Below, in pieces: positions 12,295-25,770 of a stretch of DNA of 64,000 bases. The notes beneath the pieces are model-generated. The model worked only from the letters and a program-made list of their open reading frames with translations. It had not been told where the DNA came from and ran no database searches. This DNA comes from Squalus acanthias (Eukaryota). Location: positions 122,700,001 through 122,764,000 of the forward strand of contig CM059431.1 of the NCBI GenBank assembly GCA_030390025.1, given 5' to 3'. Position 1 is the first letter of the stretch. Every line of letters starts with the position of its first letter. A program made the translations under genes and the position numbers.

Positions 12295-15127
12295 GTGGCA
12301 GGTCAGAAGATTGGACAGAATATAAAAAACAGCAAAGAATGACTAAAAGATTAATAAGGAGAGAAAAATTAGAGTACGAGAGAAAGCTAGCTAGCAATAT
12401 AAAAACAGATAGTAGGAGTTTCTATAGATATTTAAAAAGAAAAGAGTTAACAAAATGAGTGTTGGTCCTATAAAACGTGAGTCTGGGGAACTAATAATGG
12501 AAAATAATGAGATGGCAGTTGAATTGAACAGGTATTTTGCATCGGTCTTCACTATAGAGAATACAAGTAACATCCCAGAAATAGCTGTAAATCAGGAAAT
12601 GGAAGGGAGGGAGGAACTCAAGAAAATTGTTGGAGCTGCGGGCTGACAAGTCCCCGGGTCCTGATGGACTTCATCTTAGGGTTTTAAAAGAAGTGGCTAG
12701 TGAGATAGTTGATGCGTTAGTTTTAATTTTCCAAAATTGCCTAGATTCGGGGAAGGTTCCATTAGATTGGAAAATAGTGAATGTAACTCCTTTATTCAAA
12801 AAGGGAGGGAGACAGAAAGCAGGAAACTACAGGCCAGTTAGCTTAGCATCTGTCATAGGGAAGATGTTAGAAGCTATTATTAAAGATGTTATAGCAGGGC
12901 ACTTAGAAAAGTTCAAAGTAATCAGGCAGAGTCAACATGGTTTTGTGCAAGGGAAATCATGTTTAACCAATTTATTGGAGTTCTTTGAGGAAGTAACATG
13001 GGCTGTGGATAAAGGGGAACCAGTGGATGTACTGTACTTAGATTTCCAGAAGGCATTTGATAAGATGCCACATCAAAGGTTATTGCGGAAAATAAAAGCT
13101 CATGGTGTAGGGGGTAACATATTGGCATGGATAGAAGATTGGCTAGCTAACAGGAAACAGAGAGTAGGCATAAATGGGTCATTTTCTGATTGGCAAGATG
13201 TAACGAGTGGTGTGCCACAGGGATCAGTGCTGGGGCCTCAACTTTTTACAATTTATATAAATGACTTGGATGAAGGGACCGAAGGTACGGTTGCTAAATT
13301 TGCTGATGACACAAAGATAGGTAGGAAAGTAAATTGTGAAGAGGAAATAAGGAGGCTACAAAGGGATATAGATAGGTTAAGTGAGTGGGCAAAGAATTGG
13401 CAAATCGAGTATAATGTGGGAAAATGTGAAGTTGTCCATTTTGGCAGGAAGAATAAAAAAGAAGCATATTATCTAAATGGTGAGAGATCGCAGAGCTCTG
13501 AGATGCAGAGGGATCTGGGTGTCCTAGTGCATGAATCGCAAAAAGTTACTATACAGGTACAGAAAGTAATTAGGAAAGCTAATAGAATGTTATTGTTTAT
13601 TGCGAGGGGGAATTGAATACAAAAGTAGGGAGGTTATGCTTCAGTTATACAGGGCATTGGTGAGACCACATCTGGTGTACTGTGTACAGTATTGGTCTCC
13701 TTATTTAAGGAAGGATGTAAATGCGTTGGAAGCAGTTCAGAGAAGGTTTACTGGACTAATACCTGGAATGGGCGGGTTGTCTTATGAAGAAAGGTTGGAC
13801 AGGCTAGGCTTGTATCCGCTGAAGTTTAGAAGAGTAAGAGGTGACTTGATTAAAACATATAGGGGTAAAAATTCAGTTGGTTGCACTTCCCGTTAGCGCC
13901 TTAAGAGGGCGCTAATGGGGCGCAAAGCCGCTAACGCCCGGGCGCAGCGATGTTTGCGCCGCTCGGGAACTTAACTAGAGATTGTGCGGCGCCGCTAAAC
14001 TTTACCGCTGCGACCACCTGCGCGCGCAGATTGTGACGTCATTCCATGGTGCAACGCCCTTGTGGCGCCCCGGAGCGGAAATTGAGTGGCGCCCCCTGCC
14101 TTACCGCCTGGCGCATCCAACGACCAGAAGACTGGAACGCTATCAATCGCTGTGGGGCTGGGGGGGGGCGCTATTTAAAGGGTGCCTCTTCCTGTCTTTT
14201 ATTGTTGGTGGCATTTTTGAACTACGCATTCTGAGAGAGAGAGGGAGAGACTTCTGGAGAGATTCAACGTTGTGTGAAGGAGTTTTGGGTACTGAGCAGC
14301 ACTTTGCAGGTTCATTTTGATTTGCCATTCCTTGTATCGATTTAGCAGAGACTGTGGGAGCTGCACTCTGAGCTCTTTGCCTGGTACTCTCCATTGTTCG
14401 TTCCAGCACATTTGATGTGCAAGTCTCTCCAGGCCGAGATTCAAGGCTGCAATGAACAGGATGTGGATGGAAAGCAAGATTAACCATCCCCTTTAAGAAC
14501 TGGCCCGTGCCATTGTGTGTGTGTTCCATTGCTGACAGACATTACATGAGCATCGCCAGAGCTCTGAGTTAGCGCCTCACTCCTTGGCCTTTGCGCCTTA
14601 AGACAGGTGTGCAGCACCTGATTTAGCGCTCCACTCACTTCCCGGGGCGGTAAAAGTGAAGTTTCCAGTCAGTGCCGATAATTAGCGCCAGGCGCTAATA
14701 TTTGCGTCCAGACGATATTTGCGCCCCAAATGGGGCGCGACCTAATTTTTACCCCATAAGATCCTGAGGGGTCTGGAAAGGGTGGATGTGGAGAGGATGT
14801 TTCCTTTTGTGGGAGAATCTAGAACTAGGGGTCACTGTTTAAAAATAAGGGGTCACCCATTTAAGACAGAGATGAGGAGAATTTTTTTCTCACAGAGGGT
14901 CGTGAATCTTTGGAACTCTCTTCCTCAGAGGGCGGTGGAAGCAGAGTCTTTGAATATTTTTAAGGCAGAGGTAGATAGATTCTTAGTAAGCAAGGGGTTG
15001 AAAAGTTATCGGGGGTAGGCGGGAATGTGGAGTAATCGGATCAGCCATGATCTTATTGAATGGCGGAGCAGGCTCGAAGGGCCGAGTGGCCTACTCCTGC
15101 TCCTAATTCGTATGTTCGTATGTTTGT
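12295..15127 (+). mobile_element. CR1 LINE, 5'-truncated, frameshifted
   Basis: RT motifs KSPGPDG, YLDFQKAFD, GVPQGSVLGP, FADDTK; 3' UTR with microsatellite tail. Confidence 0.95.
13862..14755. mobile_element. Harbinger-type MITE inserted in a CR1
   Basis: Perfect 12-bp TIR GGGGTAAAAATT; TSD ATA; removing it restores the CR1 frame KTYKIL. Confidence 0.92.
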
Positions 15128-15291
15128 AACTGGCCGCCATGAGAAAACAAGCGTGAATTCAGGAAATGTTGTGAATGGGGCGAAGCAGTGTTAATGAGCT
15201 TTGGAGGGTTTTGGCAAAGGGCTCAGCAAAGCAGCACAAAAGTTTCAGGAAATTACGGAAATAACTCACTTACACTCAACACAGCTTGTGA

Positions 15292-15745
15292 GCTGTGGCT
15301 CAGTTGGTTGCATTCTTGCCTCTGAGTCAAAAGGTTGTGGGTTCAAGTCCCACTCCAGAGACTTGGGCACAAAATTCTAGGCTGACACTCCAGTGCAGTA
15401 CTGAGTGAGTGCTGCACTGTCGGAGGTGCCGTCTTTTGGATGATACGTTAAACCAAGGCCTCGCTCTGCTCTTTCAGGTGGACGTAAAAGATGCTAAGGC
15501 ACTATTTTAAAGAAGAGCAGGGGATTTATCCCTGGTGTCCTGGCCAATATTTATCCGTCAATCAACATCACTAAAATAGATTATCTGGTCATTATCACAT
15601 TGCTGTTTGTGGGAGCTTGCTGTGTGCAAATTGGCTGCCACCTTTCCTACATTACAAAAGTGACTACAGTTCAAAAGTACTTTATTGGCTGTAAAGCACG
15701 GTGAGACGCCCGGTGGTTGTGAAAGGCGCTCTATAAATGCAAGTT
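15292..15745 (+). mobile_element. tRNA-derived SINE (DeuSINE/SacSINE1-like)
   Basis: A box TGGCTCAGTTGG, B box GGTTCAAGTCC; L2-like tail ATAAATGCAAGT; family name is tentative. Confidence 0.8.
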
Positions 15746-16261
15746 TTTCTTTTTACTTTATTTTCCTCGTGCTTTTTATTGGAAAACGCCATTGTCATGG
15801 TGAAAGTTTCCAGGAAATTCATGGCCATTACCTCTGTTTGGCCTGGCACTAAATCAGCAAGGGCTCAAAAGAACTCCAGGTGGATTGATAGACCAGTGAG
15901 TATCCTTACACATTGGGCTAAAGAATTGTGTACAGTCACCAAACGTACTCAATTCTGGGGGAAATTACGTTTGTAATTTTAGTAATGTTTTGAAGTGGGA
16001 AGAAAGACAAGTCCAAAAAGGGCAAGTTTTGGAACATTTAAGTCACTTACTCTAGTTCTCCATCTCCAGCATCTGTTATCACTGCAGATTCACACCCTGT
16101 TTGTTAGTGTGCAGTAGGATCTATCAGTCTGAGTTGGGCATTAAAAATTCCTCCTACGGATTTTACTCCATCTGTGATAGGTGATAGCTAAACTGCGGAT
16201 CAAGATCAGTAAAAGATTGAAATGCTGAGAGAGGAATATCCCAAGCTTGTCAGAAAATAAT

Positions 16262-17026
16262 GGGCCAGAAATTCGGCTCCCTGGCTTCCCGCGGGTGCAA
16301 GGATCACGCGCGCACCTACCTACCGCGCCTGCCGTTGACCCCTGGGCCCGCGGGGAATTCCGGTCCTGGGCCTCCTCCAACTGCCGGCGCGCAGTGCTTG
16401 CATATCCCAGGGGCGTAGTTAGTACGATGCGTCCCCTGGGATCACGTGGGCCATGGAGAGCCAATGGCAGCAGACCATCTTTCATTCATAGATTTGACAG
16501 GAAGACCTGTCAAATCTATGAATACAGATCGGCCCCAAAACATCCCTAAAACTACAAATAATTTTTTTTTTTAAATCACATTTTTAAAATAACTATAAAT
16601 TACATTAATTAACTATTTTAAACAAAAATTTAAATTTTTGAAAAATGTAATTACACTTTTTAACGGGGCTAAAACTAAACTTACCTTTCTTTAAAGTAAT
16701 TAAAAAAGATAAATCTGTGAAAAAAATGTTTAAATTTTAATAAAATCAACACTTACCTTGTTAAAAGAAGGCCTTGCGCCTCCTTTTTCAATGTGTATCT
16801 TCTCCGTGCTTACCTTCACGGAGGAACCTGTAAAAAAAACCGAAGTGCGAGGTGAACGCGCTGGCCCTCCGGCGTGCGCATTCGACCTCTGAACCCCTTC
16901 CTTCAGGGGAACGGAAGTGCCGGTTTCCCGCGCATGCACAGTGCATGCAAGAAACCGGCACTTTCGTTCCGTCCACGGGTGAGTACACAGTGCGTACTCA
17001 CCCGTGGCGAGCCTAATTTCTGCCCC
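16262..17026. mobile_element. Harbinger-type MITE
   Basis: TIR GGGCCAGAAATT / AATTTCTGCCCC; TSD AAT. Confidence 0.88.
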
Positions 17027-17242
17027 AATAGATTTTTGAGCCTTCATTTTTCTAAGTAAATATTGCTATTTCATTAGCTCCCAATGTATAAATTCCTTGC
17101 CCAAGGATTAGTTAGGTATAGTTCTTTGTTGTACATGTCAATAAAGCTGATTATCTTCCATATAATAAGCAAGCTTAAGAGAAAGAATGATTTTTATGGT
17201 GCTATTAGTAAACAGGTCAGAAACATGCTTGATTCCTTTACC

Positions 17243-17410
17243 TTATCACATTGCTGTTTGTGGGACCTTGCTGTGCGCAAATTGGCTGCCGCGTTTCCCA
17301 CATTACAACAGTGACTCCACTTCAAAAGTACTTCATTGGCTGTAAAGTGATTTGAGACGTCCGGTGGTCGTGATAGGCGCTATATAAATGCAAGTCTTTC
17401 AAGTCTTTCT
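17243..17410 (+). mobile_element. SINE 3' fragment
   Basis: Matches 15590-15745. Confidence 0.75.
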
Positions 17411-19474
17411 TTACCTTTCCAATCTTTCAAGGTAAGTTGAATGCTTTCCAATTGAAGCAGAATCCTAGCACAGCTGGCGTTTATAGGATATTAATCCATT
17501 GTTTGTTTAATCGAAAATAATCTGAACGTGTTTCTGTATTATCATGACTCATGTGTTCTTATTTGTGAGGCCTGTATTGAAGTTCTTTTATATTTAGCTA
17601 TGATTGCCTGGGATACGCTGACAGATGAAAAAGCCAGAGTAATGACAATCCATTTAAATGCAAGATATTAGAATTAAGCTCATCCTCTCTCTAATTTCTT
17701 GCCAATCGGGTGATCATATTCTTTCGTTAAGATGAATTATTAAAACATTTTATCTGTTCTGAAGAAGAATGATTTTGGGACTCTTAGGAGGATTGCTGAA
17801 AATAGGCAATTTAATCTTGGTTTGACTGACATTTTGATAGCATCTACTTTGCCTCATAGGAATAATGAAAGAAAGTTTCATCTCCACAGGTCACTTTCAA
17901 TTTTGTCGAGAAAGACTACTATCATTGATTTTAATTGTGCAAATAGGATGGAAGGGACTATAATTCTCAGATGTTTAAGAGTTATTTTAGACCTTTGAAA
18001 AAGAGGGGAAATATGGTTAAAACACATTTTTAAGATTTAAGAGCATCAGATTTATCTCAATTAATGGACTCAAAAATAGCTAATGATACTAGCAGTCTCC
18101 ATGGCTTTACTCATGGTGAGTTAGAAGATAGCTTACATAATGATAAAAACATGCTACCACATACCACAAGTATATAATGGGGCACGAGTAGTTAAGTGCT
18201 AAAGTGTATGATATTCCTTTCTCCACTATTTTGTTATTTTCATGGATAAAAAATCATGGGCAGCATATCCGCAATTTCTCAAAATGTGTGGCTGGTGAGG
18301 GAGAGTCCCCCCCAGTATCATGCATCAGTAAAATTAACCTTTCAATCTCTCTTCCTGCTTTTTTCTACTGTTTACTTTTTGTTGCTCTTTGCATCTTTAT
18401 CTTCCACCCTCTCTCTGTCTCTGTCTCCATGGCTGGCATACATTTTCACACCTATGTATCATTCTGTCCAATTTTTTTTTCAATATCTCTGTCTCATCCT
18501 TTCCATAAATCTTCCCTCTGTTTCCCTTTCTCTTTTTGTCTGTATCTAATGTCTTTGTATGGTTCTCACATATGTTCCTTTACTGATGTACTTCATATCT
18601 ATCTCTTACTTTTTTAAAGGCCTTGGGTATAAAGGAAGATTAAATATTCAGTTACAGGTGGAGGTGGGAAGAGGCTATCAGAGAGATGTTGCAACATGGG
18701 CCGTTGAGAAAAAAAAGGGGAGGTTGGGGGCCAGGCTAGGAGAATTGGTGGGAGAAATGCTGCGGCCTGGAGGAAGCAACAAAGTTGGGATTGGATCATG
18801 GGAGGAGATAAGTGGAGGAACTGGGAAGAGGAAAGTACCTGCGAGTCATCATGGTGGAAGTTTGGGGTCTGGCAACATTCAGTGGGACATTCAGGAGGAT
18901 GAGATAAGTTGGGGTGATTGAGTTGTGGCAGCACTGATGGGGCAATGTCAGCTGGAGTATGAGATTGTTTGTGAGGCCTAGAGTACTGGGGAGAGGAGGC
19001 TAGTGTTGGAGGTCCTGAGTGGACAGGAGCTTGGAGATCTGGGAGAACTAGAGGAGTTGGAGTCCATGAGCAGTTATACAGAGCTTGGGGGCTGGGAACA
19101 CTGTGAGGGGCTGAGAGATGGGACCAATACAGGTGAGAGACAGGGACTGAGACTACTAAGGGATAGAAAGAGGTTGGCAAATGCAGTCCAGGACACATGG
19201 CTGGGCCCTGATTACTGGCCCGTGTTTGGTTGGGCCCACACCCAGAAATAGACCACAGTTGTTGACCAGAAGCTAGGTACATAGAAGTGACATTCTAGAG
19301 CATGGAGTAGTGTTGGATAGTGTGCAAGAAGCACCACAGGGAAGACACAGCTAAAGAGGTTTTTCAATGGAGAGTGGGGCAGAGGCCACCTCATCTCTTG
19401 GGAGGGGCTAACCGGTAAGCACAACTAATTTTGTGGAGCAAAATCCTAAATGGAAATGGAAAATAAAATGGAAA

Positions 19475-21350
19475 ATCTCATAAAAACTGACTGTAAAAGC
19501 TTCTACAGATATGTGAAGAGAAAAAGATTGGTGAAGTCAAACGTAGGTCCCTTGCAGTCAGAATCAGGGGAATTTATAATGGGGAACAAAGAAATGGCAG
19601 ACCAATTAAATGCATACTTTGGTTCTGTCTTCACAAAGGAAGACACAAATAACCTCCCAGAGATGTCGGGGAACATAGGGTCTAATGAGAGGGAGGAACT
19701 GAATGAAATCAGTATTTGTAGGGAAATGGTATTAGGGAAATTGAAGGGATTGAAGGCCGATAAATCCCCAGGGCCTGATAATCTACATCCTAGGGTACTT
19801 AAGGAAGTGGCCCTAGAAATAGTAGATGCATTGCTGGTCATCTTCCAAAACTCTATAGACTCTGGAACAGTTCCCATGGATTGGAGGGTAGCTAAAGTAA
19901 ACCCACTATTTAAAAAAGGTGGTAGAGAGAAAATGGGGAATTACAGACCGGTAAGCCTGACATCGGTAGTGGGGAAAATGCTAGAGTCCATTACAAAAGA
20001 TGTAATGGCAGAGCACTTGAAAAACAGTGACAGGATCGGACAAAGTCAACATGGATTTACAAAAGGTAAATCATGCTTGACTAATCTACTGGAATTTTTT
20101 GAGGATGTAACTGGTAGAATAGATAAGGGAGAACTAGTGGATGTGGTGTATTTGGACTTTCAGAAGGCTTTTGATAAGGTCCAGCATAAGAGATTAGCGT
20201 GCAAAGTTAAAGCACATGGGATTGGGGATAAGGTACTGACTTGGATAGAAAACTGGTTGGCAGACAGGAAGCAAAGAGTTGGAATAAACGGGTCTTTTTC
20301 CGAGTGGCAGGCAGTGACTAGTGGGGTACCGCAGGGATCGGTGCTAGGACCCCAGTTATTCACAATATATATAAATGATCTAGACGAGGGAACTAGATGT
20401 AATATCTGCAAGTTTGCAGACGACACAAAGCTGGGTGGGCATGTGTGCTGTGAGGAGGATGCAGAGAAACACCAGTTTGATTTGGACAGGTTGGGTGATT
20501 GGGCAGATGCATGGCAGATGCAGTATAATGTGGATAAATGCGAGGTTATCCACTTTGGTGGCAAAAACAGGAAGGCAGATTATTATCTGAACGCCAATAG
20601 ATTGGGAAAAGGGGAAGTGCAGCAAGACCTGGGTGTCCTTGTGCACCAGTCGCTGAAGGTAAGCATGCAGGTGCAGCAGGCGGTTAAGAAGGCAAATGGT
20701 ATGTTGGCCATCATAGCGAGAGGATTCGAGTACAGGAGCAACGATGTCTTGCTGCAGTTGTACAGGGCCTTGGTGAGACCACACCTTGAGTATTGTGTGC
20801 AGTTTTGGTCGCCTTATCTGAGGAAGGATGTTCTTGCCATGGAGGGAGTGCAGCAAAGATTCACCAGACTGATACCTGGGATGGCAGGAATGACGTATGA
20901 AGAGAGATTGGGTCGATTGGGCTTGTATTCGCTAGAGTTTAGAAGAATGAGAGGGGATCTCATTGAAACTTATAAAATTCTAACAGGACTAGACAGACTA
21001 GATGCAGGCAGGATGTTCCCGATGACGGGGGAGTCCAGAACCAGGGGTCATAGTCTAAAGATAAGGGGTAAACCATTTAGGACTGAGATGAGGAGGAATT
21101 TCTTCACCCAGAGAGTGGTGAACCTGTGGAATTCTCTACCACAGAAGAGAGTTGAGTCCAATTCATTAAATATATTCAAGAAGGAGTTAGATATATTTCT
21201 TAATGCTAAAGGAATCAAGGGATATGGGGAGAAAGCAGGGACAGGGTACTGAATTTGGATGATCAGCCATGATCGAATTGAATGGCGGAGCAGGCACGAG
21301 GGGCCGAATGGCCTACTCCTGCTCCTATCTTCTATGTTATGTTTCTATCA
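19475..21350 (+). mobile_element. CR1 LINE, 5'-truncated, with uninterrupted RT ORF to 21252
   Basis: ~590 aa open RT and C-terminal domain, no endonuclease; CR1 3' UTR and CTATG-type tail. Confidence 0.96.
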
Positions 21351-22969
21351 TGGGTTATGCATCCAAATTGCTGATGTGTGCTCCCAATGTGCAAAGTATA
21401 AAATGTTATCCCTTCGTTTTTATATTTTTCTCACAAATTGCTCAAGCAAGATGTCTATTTTGCCAGTAAAAAACACAAAAAATTTACAGAAAGTCAATAT
21501 TTCCCAGACTTTTTCGGAACAAACTCCCCAAAAATGTGTTCAGCCTCTCATGCTTCTCCAGTGAAACATGTCGTTCTCGTAAATTTGTAGGAAAATCTCC
21601 TTCTCTCACTCCTGTTTTGCTTTTTTCTCTTTCTCTCCTCGTACTTCCTTCAATATCTCCTCTTCTTTCTATTCCTCCTTGTCCTTCACTTGCAAGTCTC
21701 TCTTTCCATTCATTTCTGTCTTTGTCCCGTTCCATCTCTTCATTCCTCTTCTTCCACTCTGTCTCTCTCTTCTATGCCACTTCTCTGTATAAGACTAGAA
21801 TTTTATTCTGAATTCTTTATTTTTGTATAGATTTCCTAATTGTAATTTTGCTAATTGTACAGACAAATTTGTAGGTAGGTGAAAAATTCAAGATTTTGGC
21901 TGAAAACAATTTCACAAAATTATTTGATTGGTTTCTTGCCACTTTGGGATTGGTAACTTTGAAAAAAAATAATTTGATTGTTCAGTTTGTTATTGTTCAC
22001 TTGTTCCTCATTGGCAGTTGCCAAGCGAATCGAAATACTTTGACTTGTTCATGTTTAGTCATGTGATATTTGACAGGCACAGAACCGCTACAGAGGGACC
22101 GTCCGCTAAATTGGACGAGTCTTTTGCCAATTCCTTTCTGGACTGTAAATTCAGTGTACTTCCGCTCTTAATGAGGCTAAGGCATGAAATGGCTACAAGT
22201 CTTGAAGTGTTTGAGCCTATTGTGTGCCAAAGCCTCATTAAGTCTCAGATGTGATGAATAAATAATTAAATGAACACCTGTAAAATTACTTTCCTCTCTT
22301 GTTCAGAATAGAAAAGGCTAAGAAATCAAGCGACACACTGTAGTTATTTTCTAACTTTAAAGAATTGACATTTGACATACAACATTGTTTGTACCAGAAA
22401 GAAAGCAGTAACTTTTCATACAACCTTTTCTTTTTAACGAGCATAACTCAAGACAAAGAATTGATAATCAGATTCTTTGTCTTGGAGAAAACAAAAGTTC
22501 CTTTCCTACAGCGTCTTGTTTGATGTTATCCGTGGTTCTCCTGAAAACCGCCATAGAATTAGCTGTTTTATATGGTTTCCTTTCCAAACTCTGCTGTTTA
22601 ATTATTAAACATCAAATAATCTCTTGTCAGTTTGCAGGCCTTGCTTCCTTATCTCTGCAACAGTTTGCATTGCTTCTTCATATCAGTTACTTCAGGTATA
22701 ATCTTATGAAGGCTCCTTTTCGTCTGGCTAACACTTAGGTTTCTCTCTCTCAGCATCCTGGACAATATACATCCTGACTTCGGTCAAGCTGACATCTGTG
22801 TTCTTTACCAAGAAAGCGAGAGTTTCATCTTAAGTCCATTATTTTAGACTTCTCGAAAACAAGTATCAAAATTCCAAAATCCTCCACACCAAAGTCAGTT
22901 TTGCAGGATTTGTGCTTGTTGGCTCTTTTCTCCTTTCTTTTCCATTTGGAATGGGAGAAAGGAAGAGCC

Positions 22970-25770
22970 AGGAGTGCAAAAGCTCCTTGTGAACAAGGCC
23001 CTTGCCATCCATAAGCTTATTGTGGATGATTGCATCAACATCATGGCCTTGACAGAAACCTGGCTGAGAGGTGATGACACCGTACACCTAAATGAAGCCT
23101 CCCTACCTGGCTATACGTTCCACCACTTGCCCTGCCCAGACTGTCGTGGTGGCGGTGTGGTTTTCATCACCAAATCACACCTTGGTGATGAGAGCCTCTG
23201 GCACCTTCTCCTCCTTTGAGCATCTCACTTTGTTCCACCCCTCTCACCTCATTTAAAATTCTCCTTCTTTAACGCCCACCCAAATTTTCTCACTGAGATA
23301 TCTTCACTGCTTTCCTCCCTCAGCCTCTGCACCGAGCGACTTCTCATCCTCGGTGATTTCAACCTCCATCTCAATTAATCATGCTCTTTCTCCTCTGAGT
23401 TCACTGCCCTCCTATCCTCCCTGAACCTCTCCCTCCATGTAAGCTCCCCAACCCATATTCACAGACACCCCCTTGACCTTGCCATCCCATGTGGCCTCGC
23501 TACGCCCATCGTGTCAATCACAGATAAGGCCATCTCTGACCACCCACATCTCCCTTCCCCCCACCAACCCTACTTCCTTTTGTGTCCGCTCTGGAGAAAA
23601 CCCTTTCCCAACTCATTTATAACGGCATTTACGAAATCGCAACTGTCCAGCCTTTGGCCCTCCATTCACCACGACATTTCTGCAGCTATTGATCTGCTCA
23701 ACCACACCCTCGCCACCACCTTTGATGCCCTAGTCCCTATTAAAACAATTACTCTCTCTCACCCTCGCTGTTCCCCCGGTACGGCCCTCATCTTCACTCA
23801 CTTAAGTCCAAGGGACGCAGACTTGAACGGATATGGCAGACATCTGGTTTAGCCATTCACCGCCAGTTCTGGCTGGACCACATAAAGCATTATCAGGTCC
23901 TGCTGTCATCAAACTGCTCACTATTCCAAATCATTCTGGAATGCAAAGATAAACCCCAGATTCTTTTCTCTACTGCAAACCGTCTTCTTAAACTGCTCTC
24001 CACTGTCTCCTCCATCCTCACCTCCGACAACAAGTGCGAGGAGCTCATGGACTTCTTTGTCTCTAAGATTGAGACCATCCGATCAGCTGCCTCTGTCACT
24101 TCCCTTCCTTCCCCATGCCCACCGGGCCAAAGTTCATCTAAGATTCCCCCCTGTCCTAGCCCTGAACTCACATCTTTCTCCAGTTTCTCTCTGATCTCCC
24201 CTCATCCCCTCTCCACGCTCATTTTGTCAATGAGACCCACCTCCTGCTCCCTCAACCCAATTCCCACTAAACTGCTGAAAACCCAACTTCCTTTTCTGGC
24301 TCCCTTGTTAGCTGATATTGTTAACGGTTCTCTCTCCTCAGGTACTGCCACCCTCTCCTTCAAATCTGCCGTCATCACCCCGCTCCTCAAAAATACAACC
24401 CTTGACCCCTCCGTCCTTGTAAATTACCACCCCATCTCCAACCTGCCTTTCCTCTTCAAAGACCTTGAACGTGTTGTCACCTCCTAAATCCGTGCCCATC
24501 TTTCCCGGAACTCCATATTTGAATCCCTCCAATCAGGTTTCCGCTCCTGCCATAGTACCGAAATGGCTCTGATCGAAGTCACAAATGACATCCTATGTGA
24601 CTGTGACAAAGGTAAACTATCCCTCCTCGTCCTCCTCAATGTGTCTGCAGCCTTTGACACAGTTGACCACGCCATCCTCCTCCAATGCCTCTCCACCGTC
24701 GTCCAGCTGGGAGGGATTCTTATCTGTCTAATCGTAGCCAGAGAATCAGCTGCAATGGTGTCTCTTCCTGCTCTCACATCGTTACCTCTATCTTTGGCCC
24801 CTTCCTATTTCTCATTAAGATACTGCCCCTCGGTGACATCATCTGAAAACACAGCATCAGTTTCCACATGTACGCTGATGACACCCAGCTCTACCTCACC
24901 ACCACTTCTCTCGACCCCTCCACTGTCTCTAAATTGTCATGATGTGGAGATGCCGGCGTTGGACTGGGGTGGACAAAAATGAGAAGTCGCACAACACCAG
25001 GTTATAGTCCAACAGATTTATTTAATTTTACAAGCTTTCGGAGCTGTCGCTCCTTCTTCAGGTAGGGTAGCTGTGAGAGAATCTCCCAGAATTCACAATA
25101 TAAACACAGAAAAATGTATTCAAATCTTTCCCTACATCAAAGACACACTAAGAGCACAGCCAAGACAATGAGATGTGTCCCAGGGGGTCCAACGTGTCAA
25201 AACACCTGCTGGCTGCATATCCTCTCCATTTGTGTTAGTTCTTGTGTTAGTTTTTTTTTTAAAACCTGGAAAGACCGGCCATGATGTCAAGTCACGTTCT
25301 GTATCGTGACATGAACCCGATATCGCGATTGAGGCCATCCTCATGAGTGCATCTAAATTGTCAGACTGCTTGTCTGACATCTGTACTGGATGAAATGAAA
25401 TTTCCTCCAATTAAATATTGGGAAGACCGAAGCCATTGTTTTCGGTCCCTGCCACAAACTCTGTTCCCTAGCCATCGACTCCATCCCTCTCCCTAGCATC
25501 TGTCTGATGCTGAACCAGACTGTTCGCAACCTTGGTGTCATATTTGACCCTGAAATGAGCACCATAACAAAGACCACCTATTTCCACCTCCGTAACATCG
25601 CTCGTCTCCGCCCTTGCCTCAGCTCATCTGCTGCTGAAACCCTCATCCATGCCTTTGTTACCTCTAGACTTGACTATTCCAATGCACTCCTGGCTGGCAT
25701 CCCACATTCTACCCAACATAGACTTGAGATCATCCAAAACTCGGCTGCCTGTGTCCTAGCTCTCACCAAG
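22970..25770 (+). mobile_element. L2 LINE, degraded (APE endonuclease plus RT)
   Basis: MALTETWL, GDFN, SAAFDTVDH, YADDTQLY, HAFVTSRLDYSNALL. Confidence 0.92.
24939..25351 (-). mobile_element. Insertion in L2 containing a second copy of the same hammerhead-bearing element
   Basis: 12-bp duplication TCTAAATTGTCA on both sides; 24939-25064 is the reverse complement of 6266-6390. Confidence 0.75.

Noticed and set aside
15292..15360. tRNA gene
   Set aside because: SINE head followed by SINE body and tail; repeated at 32839
18204..19424. ORFs of 120-220 aa
   Set aside because: Low-complexity pyrimidine/purine-skewed sequence without domain motifs
19450..21252. 600-aa ORF as a host gene or autonomous LINE
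   Set aside because: 5'-truncated CR1 lacking ORF1 and endonuclease; the initial Met comes from flanking sequence
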